A DNA stretch of 59,351 nt, counting the filler. It is 3 parts of 3 records of this genome, joined end to end, with 100 filler letters (N's around TTAATTAATTAA, not from the genome) between each part and the next. Parts side by side here need not be neighbours in the genome. Positions count along the whole stretch, not along the records: positions 45,517 to 59,351 come from DRR378314_394; 2 more parts are not named here. The stretch is one strand, 5' to 3'. The notes under the pieces were generated by a model. The model searched no databases, was not told the origin of the DNA, and worked only from the letters and a program-made list of their open reading frames with translations. Position numbers and translations under genes: made by a program. How positions within the stretch are numbered: position 1 is the stretch's first letter; each line of letters starts with the position of its first letter. Of this stretch, positions 45,986 through 57,100 are shown piece by piece.

Positions 45986-48900
45986 TCACGACATGCGGTT
46001 TACTCGTCGTTGGAACGCAACCACACGGCGCCACAGACGAGTACAACATTCGTACCGAGCTCGGCGTCGCAGGTGCAGAATATCTCGGATCTCTTCGAGC
46101 GAAACAGCCTCCGTGACTTGTTCAAATATGATGCGCGGAACATGCGGCACACATTTGCCCTGCTGCCGCGCCCATTCCGAGCACGCTGGTCCTTCCCGCC
46201 ATATTCTCTGGACCAGATCGGTTCCGCGCGAGACAATATCAAGTTTGTGAGAATTGCACAGTAGGCTCAGAACGTCCAGCAGGTAGCGAATTGTACAGCC
46301 GCTACGTTCAACACAAGCGACTCTAACGAATGATTGAGCGACATGAGCGAGAGAGAGCGGGAGAGCCTTCAAGTCGCAGAGAGCAGACGCCACATATACA
46401 GACACCATCGCGCCGAGCGAGTGCGATGGGTATGAACGATACACCGGTGGCACATGCCAGTCAAAGCCAGAGCGTCGCACCTTGATGTACTCTTGCGCTC
46501 CGTTCATGTTCATGTTACGTATCTGTGCAGCTGCTTGACGGATCTGGACCAAACTAAGCGAATCAGGGAGTTCTTGCGCCTCGCGTTGGCCCGCGTGATA
46601 GCGTGTGCTCTCCTGCTCGACCGGCGGAAGGGGCGCCGCGGGGCTACTCGCGCGCTGCGCTGTCCCAAAGCGATCCGCCGGGTGATGCTCGACGTGCAGC
46701 TCAGCATCGTCAAGGGAAGGAAGCTCATCATCGTACATGGGAAGCCCTCCACGGCGAGGCGTTCGCGAGGCGACGCTGCTGCAAACAAGGCACCCGGAGG
46801 TGCAGCCGAAGCCGCGAGCGGTAACGGCAGCAAGTCAGACGCGATTTTCGGTCGAAATTTCTTTGACTGAACACCACAGTCATTAACGCAACGAGAGCGG
46901 CAACAGTGCTGGATCTCTGCATTATTACGTGCCCCACAAGCGCATCGTGGAGCACAGTTTGCGCGACGTACACAGTTGGGCGGCCGGGAACGTATTTTCC
47001 ATCGCTGATATCACGCCCGATGGTCTCCAGCACTGGCGGCGGCAGCAGGGACTCCAGACGGCTCAAATACGACGATATGTCCCCACGTAGCATGTTGAAC
47101 AATGTAGCATCGTCCTCGGGATGCTGAACAAAGAGAAAACGCCGACAGTATCCATGCAAAAAAGGCAAAGCAAAGCACAGAACCGCTGAGAAGCGCTTTT
47201 GTTCCTGAGCAACTCCGCCCCGAGCATGCTCGCCCTCCTCGATCGCCTGTACATTGCGCCAGCTGTTACCCGCATATTTAACGAGCACGACAATACTCCC
47301 GCCCCAAAGGAGCCAATCCTCTTGTATCGCATGATCTGAGCGTAAAGCAAAGGCGCTGTCGCTGCATGCTGGCAAAATACGAGGCATTCGCATCGAGGGT
47401 GTGAAAGCCGCTGCGCTCCGCTTCACTCCACTCACCTCTTTATCCACGAGGACTTCTTCTCGTGCGCGTGCGAGGATAGCAGCGAGGGCGCGCGCACTTC
47501 CCTGACGCGCGCGCGACGTATCCGTTTTCTGTATGAATAAAGAAAAATTTGCAGCGCACGGCGACATAGCCATGCCGCGTACACGGGCAAAGAAAGGATT
47601 GCGTGAGTCTTCGGCGAGTAAAAAGCCGGGCAGCAGAACGGCACGAAACACTGCAGCGCTCGATGTAGCATCGCTCCGATGATCGAAGCATTGTGCGCTG
47701 CTTGCCTCTCATGCATCACATATTCGGCAGTGCAGACGGGAACGAAATTGGCCCTTAGGGTTAGAATGATAACCGCTGATCCAAAAAAGATGACCAAGGC
47801 ATTGTAATCGAATGTGAACACGGTTCAATGTACCTCTTTGGGAAACTGCGCATCCAACATGCGCTGAAACTCCTCGTCGTTACCGCGAGTCGCGAGGCAC
47901 ATCTGCACAATATCGTCGGAACAAAAGGAGTACAAAAGAGAAGAACACACAGCAGGCAAGAACACAGGAACGTAGATCACAACTAAAACATTCACCATCG
48001 CGGTCTCGGATCCGCCTGCGAGTAAAGCGTCTGTGTCGTGCGAACGAGCTCCTCGGATTATTTCGGCGTCAGTACGGCGAGAGCAATACGGATAGTGGTA
48101 CTTCCCAGTCGAAGCGCAATATATACCCCTCTCCAAGCTATCCATACTCCGTCCACCCCACCCCCGCACGATCGCATTGGAACAAATTTTGCACATGTAC
48201 TCCCTAGGGCGGGCCCATCTCCCTTCCGTGCTTTCGAAATGCTCAACCTCGGCATACTTTCTTCTCGTGGTCGCGGCGCAAGGCGCAAGAAAGAACACCG
48301 CAACTACCGACGACATTCCTCGCCACCGTCCAGATTGGGCCTTGTGTGCGTCTACCAAACATGATTCAATACACCGCTACTGGAGCTGCTTATGCATACG
48401 TTCCTGACGTGTATACACACAAGGGGAATATACAAACGAGAAAGGGGACGGGCAAGGCACGAAAAAGTGTCTAGTGGACCACGTACCAACTGCTGAATGC
48501 GCACGACCAGACTCACTCCCGTCGACTCCGGCGACGACGACTCATCCTCGGGAATCAGGCCCTGTAAGACGGCTCTGATTCGCTCCAGAGCGTCAACCTC
48601 TGGCCTGTAGAGTTACAACGACGACATAGGAGTCTAACAATTAGCGATTCGTATCACGTATGCACTGGTGTACGCTTTGACGCACTGGAGCGTGCTAGAG
48701 AGTCGAAGAACCGTGAGCACGGCTCGCGTCCCGCGAAACTCGCCCCAGCGATGCGTCGACCGCCGTTCAACGCGGCGCGCCGCTTCGTCGCTGGGGCGAG
48801 CGCAGGGACAGCGAATCACGAGACGAAATAGCAATCTGCACACGCTATTAGTTCTTTCTTGCCATTGACCACCCTGTGCGATCGTAGAGCGGTGCGGCGC

Positions 48901-49340
48901 GTGCGCGGGGGTACCGCGGCAGTGTGTTCCGCGCGCCGAGCCACCAGCGAGGAGCACACAGCGGCGGAAGAAAGCCGCTTCCGGTCCGCAGGGCGTCTGC
49001 ACTCGATATCCGCGCGCACGCCGCAACACGTGCAGGTTCCCCACCCCGCCACACACACGCGCAGCGGAACGTACACAGATGACCCATCTGCAAAGAGCAA
49101 GACTTTGAGCATGTGTATCTTGATTCTTGTGATTTGGTTTTCGCTTTGAATTTGAACATGGTTTTGGATGACCGACACAATTTCTGCAGGGCGAGCAAGA
49201 AGTAGTCGCGAACATCGTGTCTGCCGGTCAACAGCGCACGCGCAGGCCAGCTTCCTGCCACTCGCGCCATGAACAGGATTTGCACAGCCGCCGAACTCTC
49301 CGATGGCTGAACGACGTCGCTCGCCAGACTTTTCTCTGAT
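45986..49340 (-). CDS. Probable multi-exon eukaryotic gene(s), product unidentified; boundaries approximate
   Basis: Splice-flanked coding-like blocks: EIVSVIQNHVQIQ.., PEVDALERIRAVLQGLIPED, DDIVQMCLATRGNDEEFQRMLDAQFPKE, HPEDDATLFNMLRGDISSYL, MYDDELPSLDDAE..QEYIK. Confidence 0.45.
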
Positions 49341-50562
49341 AAATTGGGGTATGATCGGATGACACTCCAGGCAGTGCTCGCTGCCACGCAAGGTATGGCA
49401 CGCGCAGCGGTAGCTCGCCGCGCACGCATGATGCGCTCAGCGCGTAGGCTTCTTCCATTTTCCCGCCACTTTGCAAGCGCGTTGCAGCGCGCGCTATTGT
49501 CGCAGGGAAGCGAACGGAAGGAGCACGCCGCGCAGGCAATGGGAGCGTCTTCACATACTACATACAACAAGAAATCTCACACATCGTTCTCTTTTGACAG
49601 CAAGTGCGAGCATGCGCGTGTCGCACGCAGTCGCAAGGGGTTCGGGGGAAGTTTGCGGCGCCCCCGAAACAAACTCCGACGCAGAGGCGTTGGAAGCGCA
49701 AGCGCCTGCACAGTGTGCGTGCGCTCGCTATTCGTACGGTCCGTTACGGTTAGCAAAAAATCACCCAGCTGCGCTGTGTTTCCATAGAGCCGGTTTGACA
49801 CTAACGTAAAAAATGTAGCATGCCAGCGCCGTAGGAGCGAGGCTTCGGGCGAGAGGAAAAGCAGGCTCGTCGTAGCGGTGTAGGAACAAGCGGGAAACTC
49901 TGCGCAGCCTCAGATGCTGAAACGCAGCAAGTTCCAGAGCAGGGCGGGCGCCTGCAACAGCATGAGGGGACCCAAGCGGAAGACCGGCAATCGGCCTTTG
50001 CGTGGCATTACGTCCTAGTCTGCAAGATTCATTCGTAGCAAAACTCACCTGTCGCAAGTGCAAGCGGCAGGCGAGCAGACGCGCACGCATACTCGACGAT
50101 CCAGCTCAGGATAGTGTTTGGCTGCGCCATTGCGAGCACACCGGAACGGGCCGCAGAGCGCTCGCGAGAACCAAACTTTTGTCCAGGCGCGGGAAAATAA
50201 CAGAGGAGCGTCTCCTGCTCGAAGCCTAGAGCGCTGAAATAAGTTAGGATAGTAGGGGTCATTTATCCAACCAATCTGCCACACTTTGGTAGGAAAAGCT
50301 GAGTCGCACGATTTATACTAGCATAGCGATATGACAAGCGAGGGCACATCTGCTGACGGTACGCCACAGTGCCAGCCATGCCTGCTATTATGATTTGGTA
50401 TCCTGGTTGTGGCTTATCATCTCGAAGTGCTCCGCACGCAGGTGTGCAACCATCTTTTTTTCCTGCCCGCAGCAAAGAGCGCCGTCCACGCCGCCCTTTC
50501 TTGCTTCATCCTCTTTGTTCACCCGGAACACTTGAATTCTTCACCTCTCTCTCTCATCAAAC

Positions 50563-53500
50563 ATGCGTGTCTGTATTGCTGGTGGAGCTGGTTTCATCGG
50601 GTCGCACTGCGCTCGCCGTCTCAAGAATGAAGGACATTACGTGGTGGTTGCAGGTACGCGTGTGCAGGATCCTGTTGAGTGTTCGCCAGGACGTTGCAGG
50701 AGAGCAGAGCCTGGTTGCCGCACACGTGCAGTGCGTACGGGGCCAAATGCTGTGAATCCACCAGTGCACTTGCTGCAACCTGCCGTACGCTCATTCTATA
50801 AGCACAAGTTTGTGCACTTGCGAGGGGCATGGTCGCGCGAATGCAGGGGCAGGAGGGACTTCGACGCGTGCAGCGGCGGACGCTCTGGCAGGGGGCCCCT
50901 CCCCTCCTTGTGGCAGGTTGCTCGCCTGCGCATCCCTTTTGCCTCGTTCAGCTCAGTGTTGCAGTCTGGCCGCAGCGCCCTGTCGCATCGCCTGTGCCGC
51001 GGCACGAGCTTTGAGCGCCAGAGCGTGCGCGAGTGCTCGTGACTCACGGGCGCATTTGGAAGGAAAATAACCCCACGTGCAATCCCGCGGGCATAGCGTA
51101 GGACGGGAAAATGGTTAATATTTTCTGATACCTTTATTTCTACTGATTGTTGCCGAAATCGTGATAGACTGGAAGCGCAACGAGTTCATGAAGGAGGAGG
51201 ACTTCTGCAACGAGTTCCACCTTGTCGATCTTCGCGACCTGAACAACTGTGTCAAGGTGCGGACGAGCGCTCTTGCTGCAAACAGCGGGCCTCGGTTGTG
51301 CCCCAAGGCGGGTGTTTTCTTGCGGCCGAGCGAAACCCAGTTTGCGTTCGCCGTCGCTGTACGCTTTGGCGCGCAGTTGTGTTGTTGTTTTTTAGTTTGA
51401 ACGCCGCGTTCGGGCGCGATTTAGATTATGCCAATGGGGAATGAGTTTTTTCTGCAAGCTGGCGTCGGTAGCGCTGTGCGTGGATATGGGCGGCGACGAG
51501 CAAGGGGGCTCGCGCAGCCACGCTTGTGCCGAGCAGCGACCCGTTGCCTTCGTGCGCTGTGGCAATGAGTGCCGAGGAAGGCCGGTTAGTCGTTTCTTTT
51601 TACCAAGCCGATGCATCGTCATATGTTAATTTCTCCTGAAATCCTGTATATTCGTGCCAAAACGCTCCCTTTCTGTCAATCTTCGCGAACGGGAGGGGGG
51701 GGAATTCGGGCAATTCGATTCCTCGCGCTGTGCTGTGCTCGCTACCAACACTGATTGTTCTGCTATGACTGTTCAGTTCTTTTGGGCTCGATCGCGTACC
51801 TGAGCCGCACGCCTTACTCTCAGCATTACCCGCTGCAACTGCCAAAGTCTTTTTTTTTGGTTTGAACTTAACAATGTGTCATAGGCATGGTGCTTGTGCT
51901 GCGTGGCGGGTATCGTGCGTTCGGGGGGTGTCGCCACGGTCGCCTGTATGTAGTTGTCTGTGATCGTCAGCGCGTTGCCGTTTTATTGGCCTGGGTTTTC
52001 TTCAGCGTTTCGCGTGTGTCGGTGCGAGTCCGCTTGTTTTCCATTAGTTGGAACGAATCTAGGGCTGGCCTCTCTGCGCTTGCTCCGCTCTGCCTGCCTG
52101 GCTGTCCGACTGGCCACGTTGGGGAAACGCATGCCCGTGCCTCCCCTCCCTGCACGGTCGCGCTCTCGCACGGTTTGCTATTAGGAATCAATTTTGTGCA
52201 TATCGGGCTCGCTTGCCCGCCAAGGAAAAGTGTCTGACATGAAACCGTGGCCTTGTCTTTTGTGACATGTTTCGTCGTGCAGGTCTCGAAGGACTGCGAG
52301 CGCCTCTTCCACTTTGCCGCTGATATGGGTGGTATGGGCTTCATCCAGAGCAACCACTCTGTCATCATGTACAACAACACGATGATTAGCTTCAACCTTG
52401 TGGAGGCTGCCCGCATCAACAAAGTCCAGGTGAGTGCAAACACGGCTTGCCGCCAGCCTGAGTGTAGCTGCGTGTGCGTGCGGAGCGCCCGCTCTCCCTC
52501 TCCCAGCTTTCAGTGGTTCGCTCTGCGACGCGGTAGAATCCTCAGGGTCTCAAACTTTTATGGTGTGCGGGGTGGCGTTCTCCTTGACTCGTTCCGTTCG
52601 TATCTCTCGCTGCAGAGATTCTTCTACTCTTCCAGTGCCTGCATTTACCCGAACTACCGCCAGCTCGAGTCGGAGAACCCGGGCCTGAAGGAGTCGGATG
52701 CATGGCCGGCTGAGCCGCAGGATGCGTACGGTACGTTTGGGTGGCAAGTTGTTGTTGTTGTTGTTTTCGTTTCCCTTGCAGGTTAGCCCGCGCCTTGGTG
52801 CTCCCGCATGACGAATCCAGGTGCACGTGTTTTTGTTTTTTCTTCCTCGTTTTGTCGGGAAGGATGCTGGTACACAGAAAGCGCGTTCACCCTTGCATAG
52901 GAGGCGCTGCTTCATGGAGTGATACGGGAACTACAACCCGTGTCCACTTCGTTATGTAGGTCTCAGTATTTGTCTTTCCGCTGTGGCGTCCCTTTTCCCG
53001 CAAGACATTCTCCGCGTAGATTAGGAGAAAAATTTGCGGGCAGGCACCAGGTTCAGCAGTTTCCGGGTGCCTTTGTGCCGCACGGCATGCCCGCATGCGC
53101 ATCGATTCTGCTGGTGCAGTGCGGCGCAAGTGTCTCGTAGTGCAGTGAGGCTCCCTCCCCTTGCGACTAAATCATTCACTTGCCGTGCTCGATTGGGGCC
53201 CGTTTGTGCTTGTGTTGGCGGCAACAATGTCGTGCAGGTCTTGAGAAGCTCGTAACGGAAGAGCTTTGCAAGCACTATGGCAGCGATTTCCCTGAGATCC
53301 AGTTCCGCATTGGCCGCTTCCACAACATCTACGGGCCATACGGAACGTGGAAAGACGGCCGCGAAAAGGCGCCTGCCGCCACGTGCCGCAAGGTGATCGC
53401 GTCGGATAAGCAGCTCGAGATGTGGGGAGACGGCAAGCAGACGCGCTCGTTCTGCTATGTTGACGACTGTGTCGAGGGCGTCCTTCGCCTCACGGAGTCG

Positions 53501-53833
53501 GACTTCAAGGAGCCGCTCAACATCGGCTCTGACGAGATGGTCACCATGAACGAACTCGCCGAGCTTGCGATGTCGTTTGAGAGCAAGAAGCTCGACATCA
53601 ACCACATCCCGGGCCCAGAGGGTGTGCGCGGTCGCAACTCTGACAACACGCTCATCAAGAAGGTGCTTGGCTGGGCACCCGCCACGCCGCTCACCGAAGG
53701 CCTCAAGCGCACGTACGAGTGGATCAAGGGCGAGATCGAGAAGGAGCGCGCCGCGGGAGTCAACAACGACTACTCCACGTCCAAGGTTGTGCCTGCGTCG
53801 GCCCCCACTGCACTGGGCGAGACCAAGCAGTAA
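50563..53833 (+). CDS. GME: GDP-mannose 3',5'-epimerase, complete, 5 exons, 345 aa
   Basis: Exons 50563-50653, 51168-51256, 52283-52429, 52616-52730, 53238-53833 total 1038 nt in frame. Motifs GGAGFIGSH, AADMGGMGFIQSNHSVIMYNN, SSACIYP, WPAEPQDAYGLEK, REKAPAA, PGPEGVRGRNSDN. Confidence 0.97.
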
Positions 53834-54146
53834 GCAAAGCAGATGGATATAGACATCGCTGAGGTAGAATGTGCTTGGCATGTGCTGTTTGGCTCCAGCT
53901 ACGCGGTGTGGCTTGTCGCAAGTTGCGCGCAGCTAGTGCGCAGCAGTTGCTCTGCCGCACCTGCCCGCAGTCTATCTAGCGCAGTTGTCTGCACAAGGCG
54001 CGGAGGGTGCCATTGTCCGACTCTCTGAATGCAGGACATCACCATATGCGTGCAACATAAAAGCCGTGCTCAAGGAGCTCTGAAAATACATTTGCGGGCA
54101 GTTCTGTTCCCGAATTCATACGCGTGAGCGGTACGAGAACCCGCCA

Positions 54147-57100
54147 CTACGAAGCTGCGCTTCCAATGCGGTCCCCGGTCAGTCGCTCGGTTCTTGCCTT
54201 GATCTACACCGATCCATTTGATTCGCATGATAGCGCATGCAGTGAGAAAGCGTACAGAAAACCCGAGATACTGGTATGCATGTGCACTGCTTGCGTGACA
54301 AGTGCGCCCGCCCGGGTGAGAGGGACACCAGCAGACTGCGATGCAATGACGAACCGAAGCTCACCTGATCGACCCGCTTCCGCAGCTCTGTCATCTCCCG
54401 CTTCACTCGCTCGCATTTTCGTACATACGCCAGAATCTACGCGCACGGAAAGGGTAGTTCAATCGTAACAAGTGCACCATTAGAGGCCAAAACGCAACAG
54501 GGAAAAATCTCGATAAATTAGCATCACAGCGAGCGCACCTTGTCTGCGCTCGCCGCGAGTCCAGCTTCGCCGCCGCCGGCTTCGACGCGAAGTAGCTGCA
54601 GCTTTTCGTCGGCTTCCTCCTGCTTTTTTCTGGTCAATTTTCCAACATAATGCAGCGCATCACAAAATTTGAATATAAGTAATCATCAAAAATAGCAAAC
54701 ACTATACATCCGAGGAAGCCTGCGAAGAAAGTCGAGAGTGACGAGCGCGACGGCGTGGGAGCCCGAGAGCGCGCGTCGCGACGCGTGATATCGGAAAAAA
54801 TAATACAGTTCTAGAATCTCAGTGAAACAGCCATGCGCGATCCATGATCGTGCACAAATAATACTTCCGTCCAATCTGAGGAGCGAGTCTCTCGCAACAC
54901 ACCCGGTTACATATGTAAAGGGAATATTCTACACACTCCAAATAGCGGCAACTCCACGCGTGCAGAGCAACGAATACTGCGACACCGTAGTCCACTATCA
55001 CCCAGGCTTTGGCCGGATTCGTACAGCGCGAAGCGCCGCCAATTTCTTGCCGCAGTGTTTCAGCGCGTTAGCCAGAGTTTGTAAACGTATTCCAGCTGCG
55101 ATGACCGTGTCTTTTCCCCTCCCCTCTCCTGTACTCCACAAATAAGCATGATTCAAAAGGCGTGATCCACGCGGGCAGGTATACGCGAAAAGAAGTGACG
55201 AGGAAAGAAACACCATCACAACGCACCGTGCAGCTTCCAGCGCGTGTGTTGACTCGGCAAGGTGGGCACAAAACCCAGCGAAGAACGCCTCCGCAAGAGC
55301 TGCACCATCTGCTCCAGAGCGTCGCGGCAAAGTCCAGCATTCGAAAGAAGTAGATCACGACTTCAAAAGTATTAGTAATTGTTCAAACTAGGCAACGCTG
55401 CGGGGGAGAGCGAGATACATCGTCTCCGTTTCGTGCCTTTCGATTCCGTTCTTGGCTACACACATCCCGTGTGGCAGGCGGCGACCGAGGCCAAGCGACA
55501 GCACGCGAGAAGGGGCAGCGGCGAGCTGCGTATAGCCTCGCGCCACGGCATCACACTAGGCCAATGCGCATATGATGTATATACATACAAAGGTTGTGGA
55601 GTTCATAATCGTGTTTACGCCGGTGTGCCTAAAAACGCACCCTTTGGAACCGAGTCGCGAGTTGCAGCGTCCGCCTCCGTCATGGCAGGTGGAGAGCACG
55701 AAACCCTCGTGCTTGTGCTGTGCTGAGAGACGTGCAGAGACAACCAGAACAACGCTGGGAGCTCTGAGCTACAACACGCTTGCAAGCAAGATAGCTCGTG
55801 TTTTTCCACCCCCGTTTTTGTCCTGCAGCCGCTTTGGTGCGTCTTTCTCCCGATTTCCCTCTTTGGCCTGCCGCGTGACCGTGGATTCAACGAAAGGTTT
55901 CGCTGCGGGTAGGCCGCAAAGGCCGCTGGCACTTGCACGGAGTGGTGCGCGCAGCGCGGGCAAAAGTAGGTTCAGGCTACGAGGGCGCGCGAAGCAAAAG
56001 AAACGGGGTTATGAAACTTAGTTGGAATTGGAGTAATTTATATCTGCTAGCGCTCGCCCGCGAGTGAACAATTATCCACAACAATGTGAAACCTGCGGGC
56101 TCAACTAAGCCGTGCCGCACGTCCATCTGCACAGTCTTCGTTCCCGCCCGCAGAGACGACTCCGTCGCGTCGTGTCGCTATGGAAGCGTGTGCCTCCCGG
56201 TTCGCACGTTCACCACGTAATCGGCGCCATAGTTTTGCTTCGCACCCTCTTGCGACGCCGAGCCTGTACACCTTACAGAATTCTATTTCCTTATCTTGTT
56301 TTTATTTATTTATTCGCGGAGAGGGAATCCCCGTGCGCACGCGGGTCTTCAGTATGATCCATTCCCATAACCCACCACGCTTCGCGCGTGCAGGTTCAAC
56401 TTTCGCGGCAGCGCCTGAGCAGCTGCCATTCTTTCTGGTTGCACCGGCGTGGGGCACCCAAGCACCAGCGCACTGAACATTGCCACAAAATGCAAGCATC
56501 ACTTACTTAGGAATAAGAGCGAGTGCTGAACTGCGCGTCGGCATGTGCTGTAAATCCGCAGGACTCGGGATGTCCGTAAGAACGAGGCGCTTGCACTGAT
56601 CGGGCGTCTGCGTTGCTCGCAGGGCTGTAACCGTGGCAAAAGGCCAAATCTTTACACGAATCGAAATGCAGCTCCGTGCGGTTCCTCCAGTGGTTTAGCA
56701 GTTGCTTGTTTGTTTGCCTGGTTTACTTCGCAAAAGAGGGAGTGTGCAAACGAACCAAACGTCGAAATCCAAATACAGGAAGGGGTGTGCAACGCATGCA
56801 CTGCTTTGATGCGCTGGAAAGCCATTTTCCTCCGTGAAACGCCCGCGCTCCCAGGCAATGCCACCTTCGCGCGGTTTGAGAAAGTAAAAATAAGAGAGAG
56901 CGCTAGCGCGCACAATACCATTACTATTGACGATCCGGAAGTTCCTTCGGAAAAAAAAAGGGAATCAGGCGCGCTGAGCGCTGCATAGCATACGGCAGAC
57001 ATGGCCGAACTTGCACACTTGCCCGCTTTGTATTTGCACGAAATCATCGAGGTCAGCTCGTGGCAAGTCGCAACGGAGAGTCGGCCGAATGCACTCAGAG

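Noticed and set aside
40040..53833. Functional link between galE/capsule genes and GME
   Set aside because: They come from different organisms and contigs; proximity is a concatenation artefact.
53021..53881. 286-aa minus-strand ORF (and similar ones such as 44454-45116)
   Set aside because: Antisense shadows of codon-biased genes (GME exon 5, dnaK).
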